This document shows positions 11,630 to 24,651 of a DNA stretch of 64,000 bases, in pieces. This DNA comes from Macrostomum lignano. Its lineage: Eukaryota. The first letter of the stretch is position 1. Every line of letters starts with the position of its first letter. The translations under genes and the position numbers were made by a program. The notes under the pieces are model-generated. The model did not search any database. It was not told where the DNA came from and was given only the letters and a program-made list of their open reading frames with translations. The stretch spans positions 150,259 to 214,258 of the forward strand of contig NIVC01002001.1 of assembly GCA_002269645.1 (NCBI GenBank), read 5' to 3'.

Positions 11630-14600
11630 ATGAAACTACTCCTGATTGCTCTGGTGGCCTGCTTCATCGGCGCCTCGGTCGCTGGTAAGTCCGTGGACAG
11701 AATTTGGCTAATAGGTCAAACAATTTTCGTAGGAAGGACCTTAGAGCTTCTGTAGCAGTGTCCAAAAGATACTTGAAGTAGATTTGAAATTGGCGGTCTT
11801 CATCACTGGGAACCTGATCCCTACCTGACTCATCAACCTGATCCCTACCTGACTCATCAACCTGATCCCTACCTGACTCATCAACCTGATCCCTACCTGA
11901 CTCATCAACCTGATCCCTACCTGACTCATCAACCTGATCCCTACCCGACTCATCAACCTGATCCCTACCTGACTCATCAACCTGATCCCTACCTGACTCA
12001 TCAACCTGATCCCTACCTGACTCATCAACCTGATCCCTACCTGACTCATCAACCTGATCCCTACCTGACTCATCAACCTGATCCCTACCCGACTCATCAA
12101 CCTGATCCCTACCTGACTCATCAACCTGATCCCTACCTGACTCATCAACCTGATCCCTACCTGACTCATCAACCTCATTCCTACCTGACTCATCAACCTT
12201 ATTCCTACCTGACTCATCAACCTGATCCCTACCCGACTCATCAACCTGATCCCTACCTAAGATTTCCTCACCTTAAAGCGCATAGCACGAGCTACGAGCG
12301 AATTTCTCATCACCTGACAGACCACCAGCACGAGCGCGACGCCATCAACTACCTGACCGGCCGTATCCCGGAGCTCCGCTCAAAGCACTCGCCCAGCGGC
12401 TCCGCCTGGACTAGCGCCATGTACAAGATCGTCAGGGAGCTGGACGAGAGCGCCGAGTTCCGCGACATCCTGGCCGCCAAGCCCGAGAAGCTGGAGGCTG
12501 AGCCGCTTGCCGACAGCGCACCGTTCAGCTGCCAGCTGGACCGGTCGCCGAGCCGGCCGACCTCCGCGCACCGACTGCGACCTGGCGACATCGACGTAAT
12601 CGGCGCCATGGGAGACTCGCTGACCGCCGCTAACGGCGCCCTGGCCACCAGCATCCTGGACTGCTGACCGAGTACCGCGGCTACGCCTGGAGGTTCGTTG
12701 ATTATCCGACTACCTACCTACCTACCTACCTACCTACCTACCTACCTACCTACCTACCTACTACCTACCTACCTACCTACCTACCTACCTACCTACCTAC
12801 CTACCTACCTACCTACCTACCTACCTACCTACCTACCTACCTACCTACCTACCTACCTACCTACCTACCTACCTATCTACCTACCTACCTACCTACCTAC
12901 CTACCTATCTTTCTACCTACCTAACTGCCATTTGACATACTTAACCGCCTCTCTCTGACCCATAGAGTTACACATGACGTGATAATCGATAAAAAGTTTT
13001 TTTTCGATAGTAAACTGTAAAAACGTACCCTAAAAAACATTTTCAGCATTGGCGGTCAGGTCTCACTGAGCAAGCACACCACTATAGCTAGTACGTTAGC
13101 AAACAGTTTGGCATGATGTTTAGATTAAATTTGAATAGCTATTGAAAATAAGAGAAAAAATCTATTTCACTTGCAGACGTGCTGAGGCACCAGAACTCCA
13201 ATTTGTACGGCCACTCCACCGGCTCTGGCAAGGTGAGCAGCAGCAACTCCGTGCTGAACGTTGCCGAGCCCGGCAAGGTCGCTTCGTAAGTTCTTAAATT
13301 AATTAACAAGCTACCACTTTTTCTATCGTCTAAACTTGAGCTGATACTGACTAACTAACGAAGTGACTTCAGTGGTCCTTGATAAATAAACATAGCTACA
13401 CTTAACAACATAAAAAATTCACCAAATTTTTTTAGCGACATGCCCGGACAAGCTAAGGAGCTGGTCAGAAGGCTGCAGTCTGACTCTAATGTGAACTTCA
13501 ACAAGGATTGGAAGCTCATTACCCTGTTCATTGGTGGCAACGATGTTTGCGACTACTGCAAGGACAAGGTGAGTGCCAGGTTCGTTAGCGTACGCAGATG
13601 GGGGACTTGAACTGCAGCCCCCTCCCAATCGTCCCTATATAATTTCACTCCTCCAAGAACAAAATTAAAGATCGGTTAGGCCTACCAAGCTCGATGAATG
13701 ACACCAGTTCGACTTTTGTCACCTCTTGGATCCGTGGCATCCACTGGCCTAAGAATCAGGAGTAGAGGCGCCCACCAGGACGCCAAGTATTGGCATCCCT
13801 TAGCGTTGCGGCATCCTGTAATTGAAATGCCTGCGTAGTGCGAACGCCACCGTACTATAGGTTGTCGAATTGTCGGCGAACAGTAATATTATTTACAGTG
13901 CACGATGAGAACTCGTACTTTGAAGTTGAGAACAATTTGTCACTTTCAACTAACCAGAACGAGTTTAGCGCAGACAACTACATCAGGTACATTCGCGAGG
14001 CACTCGACTATCTGCACGCCAATGTGCCCAGGGCTTTTGTCAATGTTGCCGAAGTTCTGGATGTCTCCCTGGTCAAGGATCTGAAGGACGGCAGCTCGAT
14101 CTGCCGGGTTCTGCAGGGCTCTTTTCTGTGCAAATGCGGCGCCATGCCGGAGAACGAGGCCGAGGAGCGCGAGATCCAGGCCATCATCGGCGAGTACCAG
14201 GCCCGACTCCGTCAGCTGGTCGACTCTGGCCGATACGACACTCGCGAGGACTTCACCGTGGTGACCCAGCCGTTCTTCAGGAACAGCAAGCCGCCAAAGA
14301 TCAACGTGAGTACCTGTTGTTTTATTGGAAGCGAATGATAAACTACGCTCAGGATGTGCTGAGGGTCAGCGGTATGCGGAATCGACATAGTTGCCTCACC
14401 GCTGCTTGTCTTAGGATGATGTAGTCGAAGGCGTAGCGCCGGGTGCTCACAACTCTCCTGCGAATATTTATATAATATTTTTTCCTCCAACAACTACTAC
14501 TCAACTACATATTTTTATAAAATTGTGCACTCATTGACCTTAATGTCAGGAGCCAGACGAAGAAAACCACAAAAAATATCTGCTTGAAAGTCTAGCGAAA

Positions 14601-15272
14601 CCATAGTAAACTGACTTATGACAACGTTCGCAAACAGTAAAAACATGTGTTCTTCGCAGCTCAAAATTTAAATTGCTTGAAACCAAATTTTCCCAATTCA
14701 GGGCAAGTACGACCAGTCCTACTTCGCTCCCGACTGCTTCCACTTCAGCCGGAAGGGTCACGATGAGAGCGCCAAGGCTCTGTGGAACAACATGGTGAGT
14801 TATTTGTGCTCCTTAGGAAAGCACATGCAGTCACACACTGTGATAGAAAATCAGACTATAGCTACCCTTGATACTAAATACCGCGCCAAATTTTCAGATC
14901 GAGCCGGTTGGACAGAAGTCGACCTCCTGGACTCCGAATGGCCCGTTCAAGTGCCCGACAAGTGTAAGTGTAGAAAAATTATGTTAGGGTGCACCTGCGA
15001 ACGAATTTGTGAGCACGTACAGGTTTCAGGTGTCAGACTGCTTGCCCCTCACTGCTGGCTAAGGGTATCGTGAAAAGTTCCGGCAAACATTCATACATGC
15101 GACATAAACATCGGTTTTAATGTAAAAGTACCCCTTGTTCTGCGACGTCTAACTGGCTAAAAAAACTGTTTCAAAGTCGTCAGTTCGATTCACAGTTAAT
15201 GCAAGTTTATATAAATTTTTGACGCTAATTTTTTTTCAGGCCCGGCCCTACCTGTCGACCAGAAAGAACTAA
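11630..15272 (+). CDS. PLB1-like: Secreted phospholipase B1-like GDSL/SGNH lipase, copy 1 (9 exons; 1-bp frameshift in exon 2 as assembled)
   Basis: Exons 11630-11684, 12321-12692, 13047-13090, 13177-13285, 13436-13568, 13958-14305, 14702-14794, 14898-14963 and 15240-15272. Signal peptide [18 protein letters not shown]; motifs [30 protein letters not shown]. Exon 2 has atcctggactg where copies 2 and 3 have atcctgggactg. Confidence 0.88.
11813..12258. repeat. 24-bp minisatellite (cctgatccctacctgactcatcaa) in PLB copy 1 intron 1
   Basis: About 18 near-perfect units. Confidence 0.95.
12708..12925. repeat. (CTAC)n microsatellite in PLB copy 1 intron 2
   Basis: About 50 units are visible. Confidence 0.95.
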
Positions 15273-16186
15273 ACCTGTCGATTTCAATGCCGTCGAAAGA
15301 TTGATTGATTTTTTGCGCGGAAAACAACTGACTTAATCTAGATGCGCCAACCGGCATCTTATCGGGAGTATTTTCACTGATTTTGGTCAGCGCAATGTCA
15401 AGATATTAAATTAAATATAGAGAGATACTAAATATGTGTTTTTCAAACTAAAATATTCCGCTTTTGTTTTAAACGTTTTTTTTTATTTTAAAATTTAAAA
15501 CCGTTTGTATGTTAGTGCGTATTCACAAGAGCGATTAGCGGCCTGTGACCCAAATTAATTTGCACAATACTAACTGTGAACTTACTTGTTCATTCAAGAC
15601 TTGCATTCAGAGCGATAAAGACGCTGTCTGTATATCAGTTGCCAAGCAACCAACAGAAGATCATTCAAAAAGCAAAATCACTGGATGGCAACAATCGATT
15701 AAAAAGATGGAACTGTCATGCGAAACTTGCAACCCTACATCCTGGACTTAAACGTATTAAACGACTTAAACGTATAAAGGTCTTATAAATAGAATCTTAC
15801 AAATGCTTGCTATTAAAGTAGACTTGAAGAGATTACATAATCCATGGCCATGACAACAATTTCTCGGTTCAAGACTGTACTATTCTGTACTTTTTGCGTC
15901 AGCCCGTAGTTCTCTCGGTAGGCTGTCGAGTTTTCGCAACTAGAATCCAGAGTCCTCCTCGCTCTTCAGCCGGGACGGGAGGGCTGATTAAGCGCGCCAG
16001 GAATAAGCGCGCACGTGTATTTTTTTGCACACGTCGGAATAAGCGCGCAGGGAACAAGCGCGCACGGAAAAATGTCGGAATAAGCGCGCAGGGAACAAGC
16101 GCGCACGGAAAAATGTTGGAATAGGCGCGCTGCGATATATCAAAATACTGTAATAAGCGCGCATCGATATTCCTAGGTACTGGAAA

Positions 16187-16624
16187 GAGTCCAGAGCCGG
16201 CTGGAGCTGCTGATACGAGACAGGCTGAGAGTCCAGAGCCGGCTGGAGTTGCTGATACGAGACAGGCTGAGAGTCCAGAGCCGGCTGGAGCTGCTGATAC
16301 GAGACAGGCTGAGAGTCCAGAGCCTGCTGGAGTTGCTGATACGAGACAGGCTGAGAGTCCAGAGCCGGCTGGAGCTGCTGATACGAGACAGGCTGAGAGT
16401 CCAGAGCCGGCTGGAGTTGCTGATACGAGACAGGCTGAGAGTCCAGAGCCGGCTGGAGCTGCTGATACGAGACAGGCTGAGAGTCCAGAGCCGGCTGGAG
16501 CTGCTGATACGAGACAGGCTGAGAGTCCAGAGCCGGCTGGAGCTGCTGATACGAGACAGGCTGAGAGTCCAGAGCCGGCTGGAGCTGCTGATACGAGACA
16601 GGCTGAGAGTCCAGAGCCGGCTGG
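16187..16624. repeat. 42-bp tandem array inside the MULE element
   Basis: About 10 units of gagtccagagccggctggagctgctgatacgagacaggctga. Confidence 0.93.
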
Positions 16625-16696
16625 TCGGCTTGCCGTTTTGTTGCCATCATTTGGTCAGCCATTTTCTCAGACGCGTGAGACACCAGCGTCAGAAAC

Positions 16697-17432
16697 TCAG
16701 TTTTCCCGTGCACTGAGAGGCGCTGGACTCCAACGCGGAAAATCCAGAAGCTTTCTAAATACATGTAAATTCTTCCTATTCAGCAAAACATACAGCGTCG
16801 GCCAAAAGCTGTCGTTTTTTATAAAACCAATTGTGACAAGCTGATAAAAAATTCTCGGCACGGTTTTAAAAGTGCCATCAATGCCCCACGTGTCTGCTTG
16901 CTTGAGGCGTGGCAGTAGGTCAGGATGTCCAAAAAAAATTGCAACTCCGCCATCTGCAGACGTAACAGAACCCTGCAAAACACACACGTCGCCGCAGTGC
17001 CGGAATCTCTCTGGTGCATCCATAATGGCGTGACAGGCAGCACCGGCGTCAGCCGGCAGAGGAGGCAGAATTCGGCGGCGCTGTTTATACAGGGTCGACT
17101 CTATCTCTGCAAAGCCGATGGATGCTGCACCTTGACGATCTAGCAGTCTCGACATCAAAAATGTCTCGAAGAGTGGCACTCGAATCTTCAGCTCTTCTTT
17201 TAAGTCTACTCTTTAAGTACAGAAGCTCCAGACGCTGTCCCTCTGCTTCGTGATTGTGGACTGATGTCACACTCAGGCTACCGTCTTGATGCTGCAGTAG
17301 GCGACCAGGACAGTGTTTGTCGCAGCAGCGGAAACCGACTTTGCTTCTATCTCTGCCACTGTCTTTTCGATAGACGAATTCGTCCTTTACAAAAATTTTT
17401 GAACCGCGACGGTTTCCTTCTATGCACTCCAT
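16697..17432 (-). pseudogene. Frameshifted, truncated FLYWCH-MULE transposase
   Basis: ORF 17432-17085 encodes a FLYWCH finger (FVYRKD...FRCCDKHCPGRL...HNHE). A frameshift near 17130 leads into the MULE domain (WGIDGTFKTVPRIFYQLVTI), which stops before the remaining catalytic residues. Confidence 0.85.
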
Positions 17433-19295
17433 AGCTAGAAGTAAATCTGAATAATTTGATCGCAGTGTAATCGGCTTTTAAACGCCGCAATTGAAAGTGT
17501 AAGTCAAATCAGGCCCACAACCTGATTTGCACGCTCCATGCGCTGGGCACTGTACATTGCACCCCTCTCCCCTGCAGCCAATCAGAAGCCGAGAGAGCCA
17601 ACTGTGGCCAGTCAGTCAAATATTGAGCCTAAAGGCCCATCCCCATGCCCTTTGAAAATTTCAGGCCCCTGCAGTCAGTCAGTTAAAATCATCATTTGCG
17701 CGCTTAATCCCGTCAGTACAAAAGCAGCTGCGCGCTCATTCCGAAAGCGGGTAAAATTTTGGCGCGCTTGTTCCAAGTCTTGGGAAAACTCGTGCGCGCT
17801 TCTTTCTGTATCGATCAAAAATACTGCGCGCTTATTCCGGTCTGTGGAAGGTTAACTGCGCGCTTATTCAGGTTTTGGTCCGTTCTCCTGCGCGCTTATT
17901 CTGAACCATGTAAAATATGTGCGAAAATGCGCGCTTGTTCCTGGCGCGCTTAATCTAGCTACCCGCCGGGACAGTCCGCTGCCAGCTGTTCGTGTTCGAC
18001 AAGTGCAGCAAGTCCGTGAGGGACTGCGGCTGCTCCAGGAGAGGCCGGGTGTTCTTGAAGCGCTGTGTCTGTCTGGCTACGAAGACGACCTCGAGAAAGC
18101 TGGTCAGTGCAGTGACAGAAGTTGCAAGTCAGAGAGCGGTTTGGTGATCATGGCGGACGCGTGACGCGGACCCCGGGCAGTGGGGATCCAAGCGGAGGCT
18201 GAAGCTGGGCATCGTAAATGTCGACTCCAGGCTGTGGGATGGCGGCGAGTCCAACAACGCGGCAGGTGGCACCGAGAACGCTATTTTTGCCTGTACTGCC
18301 TTGGGAGACGCGGAGCTGTCCAGAATCCACCACAGAGTCGGTCTGTGCGAGTGCTGGTTGCCCTTTGACTGATAGTGAGGGGGAAGTTCGTCCTGCCCTG
18401 TGCGCCGATCCTTTGACAGAACGCCTCTCTCTCTACGCTCAGCGTCCAAGACTTAACGAACTGCAAAATAAAGAAGCATGCTTGGCCCACGGTATAAGCG
18501 GTTTAAACAAGCCCCATCAAAGTTTTGTTTTTCAAATGGAAACCTTTAGTTTAGAACGAGTCACGAACTTGGAATTCCGTCAAAAATTGATGGTAAATGG
18601 TCCCTTTTCAATCATAACAGCGTCTTCGCACTAATCTAGGTGTGCGGCCTTCTCTTCAGCTAAAAGTGAAACCCAAAAAGACTTCATATTTGTGTACAGC
18701 TTGGCCATAGACAAAGCATCTAAACGAGCCTAAGACCTTTATCACCATAATTCGCAAGTTTACCGTCCAGAGAGATGAAAAAGTCCTTGAGGTCATCTCT
18801 GTTTGTTTAAAGATCGATAAATCAATAAAATCAATAAATTATAAAACGAGAGAGGCTGTTATAACAAAATTTCAAACTCCAAGTGTATCTTTTTTACCGA
18901 GTTGATTTTAAATACTGATTTAATTGGATGAGGCGTTTTTGCAACTTGGATAACTTCTAAGAAAAATGACAATAGAATCGTAAATTCGGAACATTAACTG
19001 ATAAAACAGCTGCTGAGCTAATTTAAAGACACCTACCCGGGCCTACTCAGAAAACGGCAGGTGTGTTTTCAGGGGTTTTAATAATTTCGTAACTACTAGC
19101 TGACTATATTTTATTGCCTAACATGATAAGCACTAATTAAACAATGAGAGCCGGTCACCTGCTGTTGGGAGTCCATATCAATTTAGCTACCAACTAGGAC
19201 AAACAATAAAAGCAAATCCATTAAATTGGCTCGGTCAGTTAATTAGATTTTTGTTTATTTCAAGTTACAATCGAATACAAGCAGACAAAACCAAC

Positions 19296-22200
19296 ATGAA
19301 AGTGCTGATCATAGCAATTATCGCCTGTTTAGTGAATGCTTCGCTTGCTGGTGAGTTACTCAATACCCGACTCATCTACCTGATCCCTACCTGACTCATC
19401 TACCTGATCCCTACCTGACTCATCTACCTGATGCATACCTGACTCATCAACCTGATCCCTACCTGACTCATCAACCTCATTCCTACCCGACTCATCTACC
19501 TGATCCCTACCTGACTCATCAACCTGATCCCTATCTGACTCATCAACCTGATCCCTACCCGACTCATCAACCTGATCCCTACCTGACTCATCAACCTGAT
19601 CCCTATCTGACTCATCAACCTGATCCCTACCCGACTCATCAACCTCATTCCTACCTGACTCATCAACCTGATCCCTACCTGACTCATCAACCTGATCCCT
19701 ACCTGACTCATCAACCTGATCCCTACCTGATTCATCAACCTGATCCCTACCTGACTCATCAACCTGATCCCTACCTGATTCATCAACCTGATCCCTACCC
19801 GACTCATCAACCTCATCCCTACCTGACTCATCAACCTGATCCCTACCTGACTCATCAACCTGATGCCTACCTGACTCATCAACCTGATCCCTACCTGATT
19901 CATCAACCTGATCCCTACCTGACTCATCAACCTGATCCCTACCTGACTCATCAACCTGATCCCTACCTGACTCATCAACCTGATCCCTACCTGACTCATC
20001 AACCTGATCCCTACCCGACTCATCAACCTGATCCCTACCTGACTCATCAACCTGATCCCTACCTGACTCATCAACCTGATCCCTACCTGACTCATCAACC
20101 TGATCCCTACCTGACTCATCAACCTGATCCCTACCTGACTCATCAACCTGATCCCTACCTGACTCATCAACCTGATCCCTACCTGACGCATCAACCTGAT
20201 CCCTACCTGACTCATCAACCTGATCCCTACCTGACTCATCAACCTGATCCCTACCTGACTCATCAACCTGATCCCTACCTGACTCATCAACCTGATCCCT
20301 ACCTGACTCATCAACCTGATCCCTACCTGACTCATCAACCTCATTCCTACCTGACAGACCACCAGCACGAGCGCGACGCCATCAATTACCTGACCGGCCG
20401 TATCCCGGAGCTCCGCTCAAAGCACTCGCCCAGCGGCTCCGCCTGGACTAGCGCCATGTACAAGATCGTCAGGGAGCTGGACGAGAGCGCCGAGTTCCGC
20501 GACATCCTGGCCGCCAAGCCCGAGAAGCTGGAGGCTGAGCCGCTTGCCGACAGCGCGCCGTTCAGCTGCCAGCTGGACCGGTCGCCGAGCCGGCCGACCT
20601 CCGCGCACCGACTGCGACCTGGCGACATCGACGTCATCGGCGCCATGGGAGACTCGCTGACCGCCGCCAACGGCGCCCTGGCCACCAGCATCCTGGGACT
20701 GCTGACCGAGTACCGCGGCTACGCCTGGAGGTTCGTTGATTATCCTTCTAATCCACTTTCTGACCCTGCATGCACTTGACCCATTTAACCATTTGACCTA
20801 CCTACGAGTATATGAAATTTGTACATCTGTGGTGTAATTTGGATAGTTAGTCTGATGGCAGTTAGGAACAAGTTACCAGTATTTACAGAACAAATGACAT
20901 TGCTAAGGCGGTGAATTTAAACTTCCGTGTTCTCCCCCATCAGTGCCAGCCAACATGCCTTACAAATATAGAAAATCAGAGACGCTGGAACGCCACTATG
21001 TCCATGCGGTTTTTCCTTACATGTAGCCTTGCGCATTAACATCGAATGCACATAGCACTAAAACCTTTTTTTAGCATCGGTGGGCAGGTCTCGCTCAGTC
21101 AGCACACCACTCTTGCTAGTAAGCTAATCCTTCATTCTACTTGTTTGATGCTACGAGTGTTCAGTAGAACGACCTGTGCATAGCCAAAGTCCTCATTTGT
21201 TTTCAGACGTGCTGAGGCAGAACAATAACAACCTGTACGGCCACTCCACTGGTTCCGGTTCCGTTCACAACCGCAACTCGGTGCTCAATGTGGCCGTGCC
21301 AGGCAACGTTGCTTCGTGAGTGACGCTCAAGTTCGGTGTTTTATATTCACTGAAACTTCTCTAAATGTTCAAATTATTTGATGGCAACTTGAAAACATTG
21401 CAGCCACATGCCCGGCCAGGCTAAACTGCTGGTCAGCAAGCTGCAGTCTGACCCAAATGTGAACTTCAACAACGATTGGAAGCTCATCACCCTGTTCATT
21501 GGTGGCAACGATGTGTGCAACTACTGCAAAGACAAGGCAAGAGAAATATACATTCTTTGGGTTGGTTCATGCTGTCTCCAACTGATTGATTGTAACCTGA
21601 CTGCACATTCTGTAATATCTAATGAGCAGAAACTCACTCATCGAACATTTCAGAGGGAGTTCAGCGCTGACAACTACATCAAGCACATCCGCGAAGCTCT
21701 TGATTATCTACACGCCAATGTGCCCAAAGCTTTCGTTAATGTTGCTGAACTTCTGGATGTCTCCCTGGTCAAGGAGCTCAAGGACGGCAGCTCGATTTGC
21801 AACGTGCTTCAGGGCTCCCTGCTGTGCAGGTGTGGCGCCTTCCCGGAGAACGAGGCGGAGGAGCGCGAGGTCAAGACCATCATCGGCGAGTACCAGACCA
21901 GACTTAGTCAGCTGATCGAATCTGGCCGATACGACACTCGCGAGGACTTCACCGTGGTGAACCAGCCGTTCTTCAAAAACAGCAAGCCGCCGAGGATCAA
22001 CGTGATTACCTGTTGTTTTAGTAGGCTAGTCTTTGTTCGAAAGTATTCTACATCATAAACAAATCCCCCCTCTATCTGCAGGGCAAGTACGACCAGTCCT
22101 ACTTCGCTCCTGACTGCTTCCACTTCAGCCGGAAGGGTCACGATGAGAGCGCCAAGGCTCTGTGGAACAACATGGTGAATTTTTAAGTGCAACTTAAAAA

Positions 22201-22428
22201 ATTGCAGACATACGACTTGAGCATAAGCAACATCAAACGACGCTCTTTTCAGATTGAACCGGTTGGCCAAAAGTCAACCTCCTGGACTCCTGGTGGACCA
22301 TTCAAGTGCCCGACTAGTGTAAGTTATTAAGATTGCTGTTGTCCACTTTCAATCAACTTTATGGCTATTCTCAGATCTGCCTTCTCTTGTCACAGGCCCG
22401 GCCATACCTGTCCACTAGGAAGAACTGA
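19296..22428 (+). CDS. PLB1-like: Secreted phospholipase B1-like GDSL/SGNH lipase, copy 2 (9 exons, intact)
   Basis: Exons 19296-19350, 20358-20730, 21075-21118, 21207-21315, 21404-21536, 21654-22001, 22082-22174, 22253-22318 and 22396-22428. Exon sizes and phases match the other copies. GDSL, GGND and DCFH motifs are intact. The intron 5 donor is GC. Confidence 0.92.
19366..20355. repeat. 24-bp minisatellite filling PLB copy 2 intron 1
   Basis: About 41 units of the same unit as copy 1, running directly into the acceptor cctacctgacag. Confidence 0.95.
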
Positions 22429-22832
22429 TGCTGCCTAATTAACTTCTTTGGCGCTTGACTGAAGACTTCTGTCAGACTCACTCATGCACTGAGCTTTGTT
22501 TGGTCTATCAAACTACAACATATATGTCCCAAAAGAAACCAATGTTAAAGATTTTTACGCAGTAAAAATGATTAAAAATTTTGAAGAAAGAAAGTTTTTT
22601 CCTTGAGTTTGCCTCAGCTCAGAAAATTTGATTGATACAAATATAAAAAAGCAGGGATACCTCACTGCACAGATAACAACACTGAATAGACCACTTGTTA
22701 CGAGTATCTAAAAAATCAAATATACGAGATTTTACTAAGAAAACAAAAATGCTGTGCAAGTTGTTACCAAAAACACAAACATGCATTAAAAATTGAATCA
22801 TATAATATTACCTTAGAATTTCTACATTGAAA

Positions 22833-24651
22833 ATTGTGTCTAGTTTCGTTTGGGCCACAAACGATTGCGTCGACGGAAATTGTGAACTAAGTAAATTTTT
22901 GCGCGCCTTTCAGGCATCGAAACAGGAATACAACAGATTGCTTATCTGCGAATAGTCTATGGTCAAGCTGCCCCCCATCTTTAGATAGCTATTCCCAACG
23001 GGTTATATTTGGATATACCCATTTGCAGATGAGCAATCTTTATATTCCTGTATCAATGCGTTTGCGAGGATATTTTTTATTCAATACAACAAAGCTGAAT
23101 AAACAGATTGCATAAATATACGAAAACGGTAACGTGGGCATAATGAAACGTGGACCAATTGTTACGCAATAATCGATGAGTAGAGCTAGAATCGACAGTT
23201 CATTCAGTCCTTCCGATGAATGGTAAATGTGCATTTGGTGAACGTGCAGGTAGAAAACTGAAATCCAGCAGGACCCGACTTCACCGCACCAACAAACGTG
23301 GAACCACTGCTTTGAACTTGCGACTGACGCTCTTCCACGAAGTTGAACCCTGACTAGGCTGAACAGCATTCACTGGACTCTGCATGGCCTGAGGCTGCTC
23401 CACGAGGCGAGACTCGGGCTGAATAGGCTGAACAGCATTCACTGGACTCTGCATGGCCTGACACTCAAGTCGCTGAGAAAGTTGACCTCATTTCCATTCA
23501 AGCCGTCAATGCTTTCAATCGGCAAATTCGACCAATTTATCATTCGTATGAGTGGCATGAATATAGGTTAGGGCAAACAGAAGAAACAGGAACATGTATC
23601 CTCTGCTGCAGAGCTCCAACTTATAAGACCACAACTTCATTTAACATGTTTCGTCTATGGTAATTTCAGACTGTTCCGCTAAAAGTTCCTCTAAAGGCCT
23701 CGACGCTATGGCAGTTGTGTGTGAGGCTTGACCTCTTGATAGTGGAATTGTGTCTAGTTTCGTCCAAAAACCAATTCAAAACGGCTAGGACACAACTTCC
23801 CAGACGGGAATTGTTCACTGAGTGATTCTAGGAATTTGTGTCATAGGCATTTTCCACTTGGCGCAAGCCAAATGATGGCCATAGTCTAAACGTCTCGAAC
23901 GAAAGTTAAGCGGAACAGTCTGAAATTACCATAGACGAAACATGTTAAATGAAGTTGTGGTCTTATAAGCAGGAACTCTGCAGCAGAGTATACATGTTCC
24001 TGTTTCTTCTGTTTGCCCTAACCTCTATTCATGCCACTCATACGAATGATAAATTGGTCGAATTTGCCGATTGAAAGCATTGACGGCTTGAATGGAAATG
24101 AGGTCAATTTTCTCAGCGACTTGGACGTGACGAGGCGGATGACGAAGAGTTAGTTGATGGAGTTGATCCGATTCATTGAATGCGGTAACCATGATGCTCT
24201 GCCACCACTGCCAAGCGAAGAAGAGGCTTGCCCCGAGGATCCCATGCGGAACAAACCATGCAATTCGGCCGATGTGAGTGTAATTATTGTCGATTCTAGC
24301 TCTACTCATCGATTATTGCGGAACAATTGGTCCACGTTTCATTTTGCCCACGTTACGGCCGTTTTCGTAAATGTATACAATCTGTTTATTCAGCTCTGTT
24401 GTATTGAATAAAAAATATCCTCGCAAACGCATTGATAAAGGAATATACAGATTGCTTATCTGCAAATGGGTATATCCAAATATAACCCGTTGGGAATATC
24501 CAAAGATGGGGGGCGGCTTGACCATAGACTATTCGCAGATATGCAATCTGTTGTATTCCTGTTTCGATGCCTGAAAGGCGCGCAAAAACTTACTTAGTTC
24601 ACAATTTCCGTCGACGCAATCGTTTGTGGCCCAAACGAAACTAGGCACAAT
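22833..24651. mobile_element. Foldback-like non-autonomous element with nested long inverted repeats
   Basis: Outer arms are ~22833-23197 and ~24288-24651 (~365 bp); inner arms are ~23466-23680 and ~23909-24123 (~215 bp). Both pairs are clear reverse complements with scattered mismatches. No transposase ORF and no convincing TSD, so the mobile-element label is inference. Confidence 0.65.

Larger units (their letters stand above)
15977..17964 (-). mobile_element. Defective Mutator-like (FLYWCH-MULE, Phantom-like) DNA transposon
   Basis: An 8-bp direct repeat gccgggac flanks it (15969-15976 and 17965-17972). Both termini start GGG, followed 9 nt in by the inverted gattaagcgcgccaggaa[t/c]aagcgcgca. 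About 8-9 subterminal AA[T/C]AAGCGCGC motifs per end, in opposite orientation. Internal transposase fragments are present. Confidence 0.88.
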
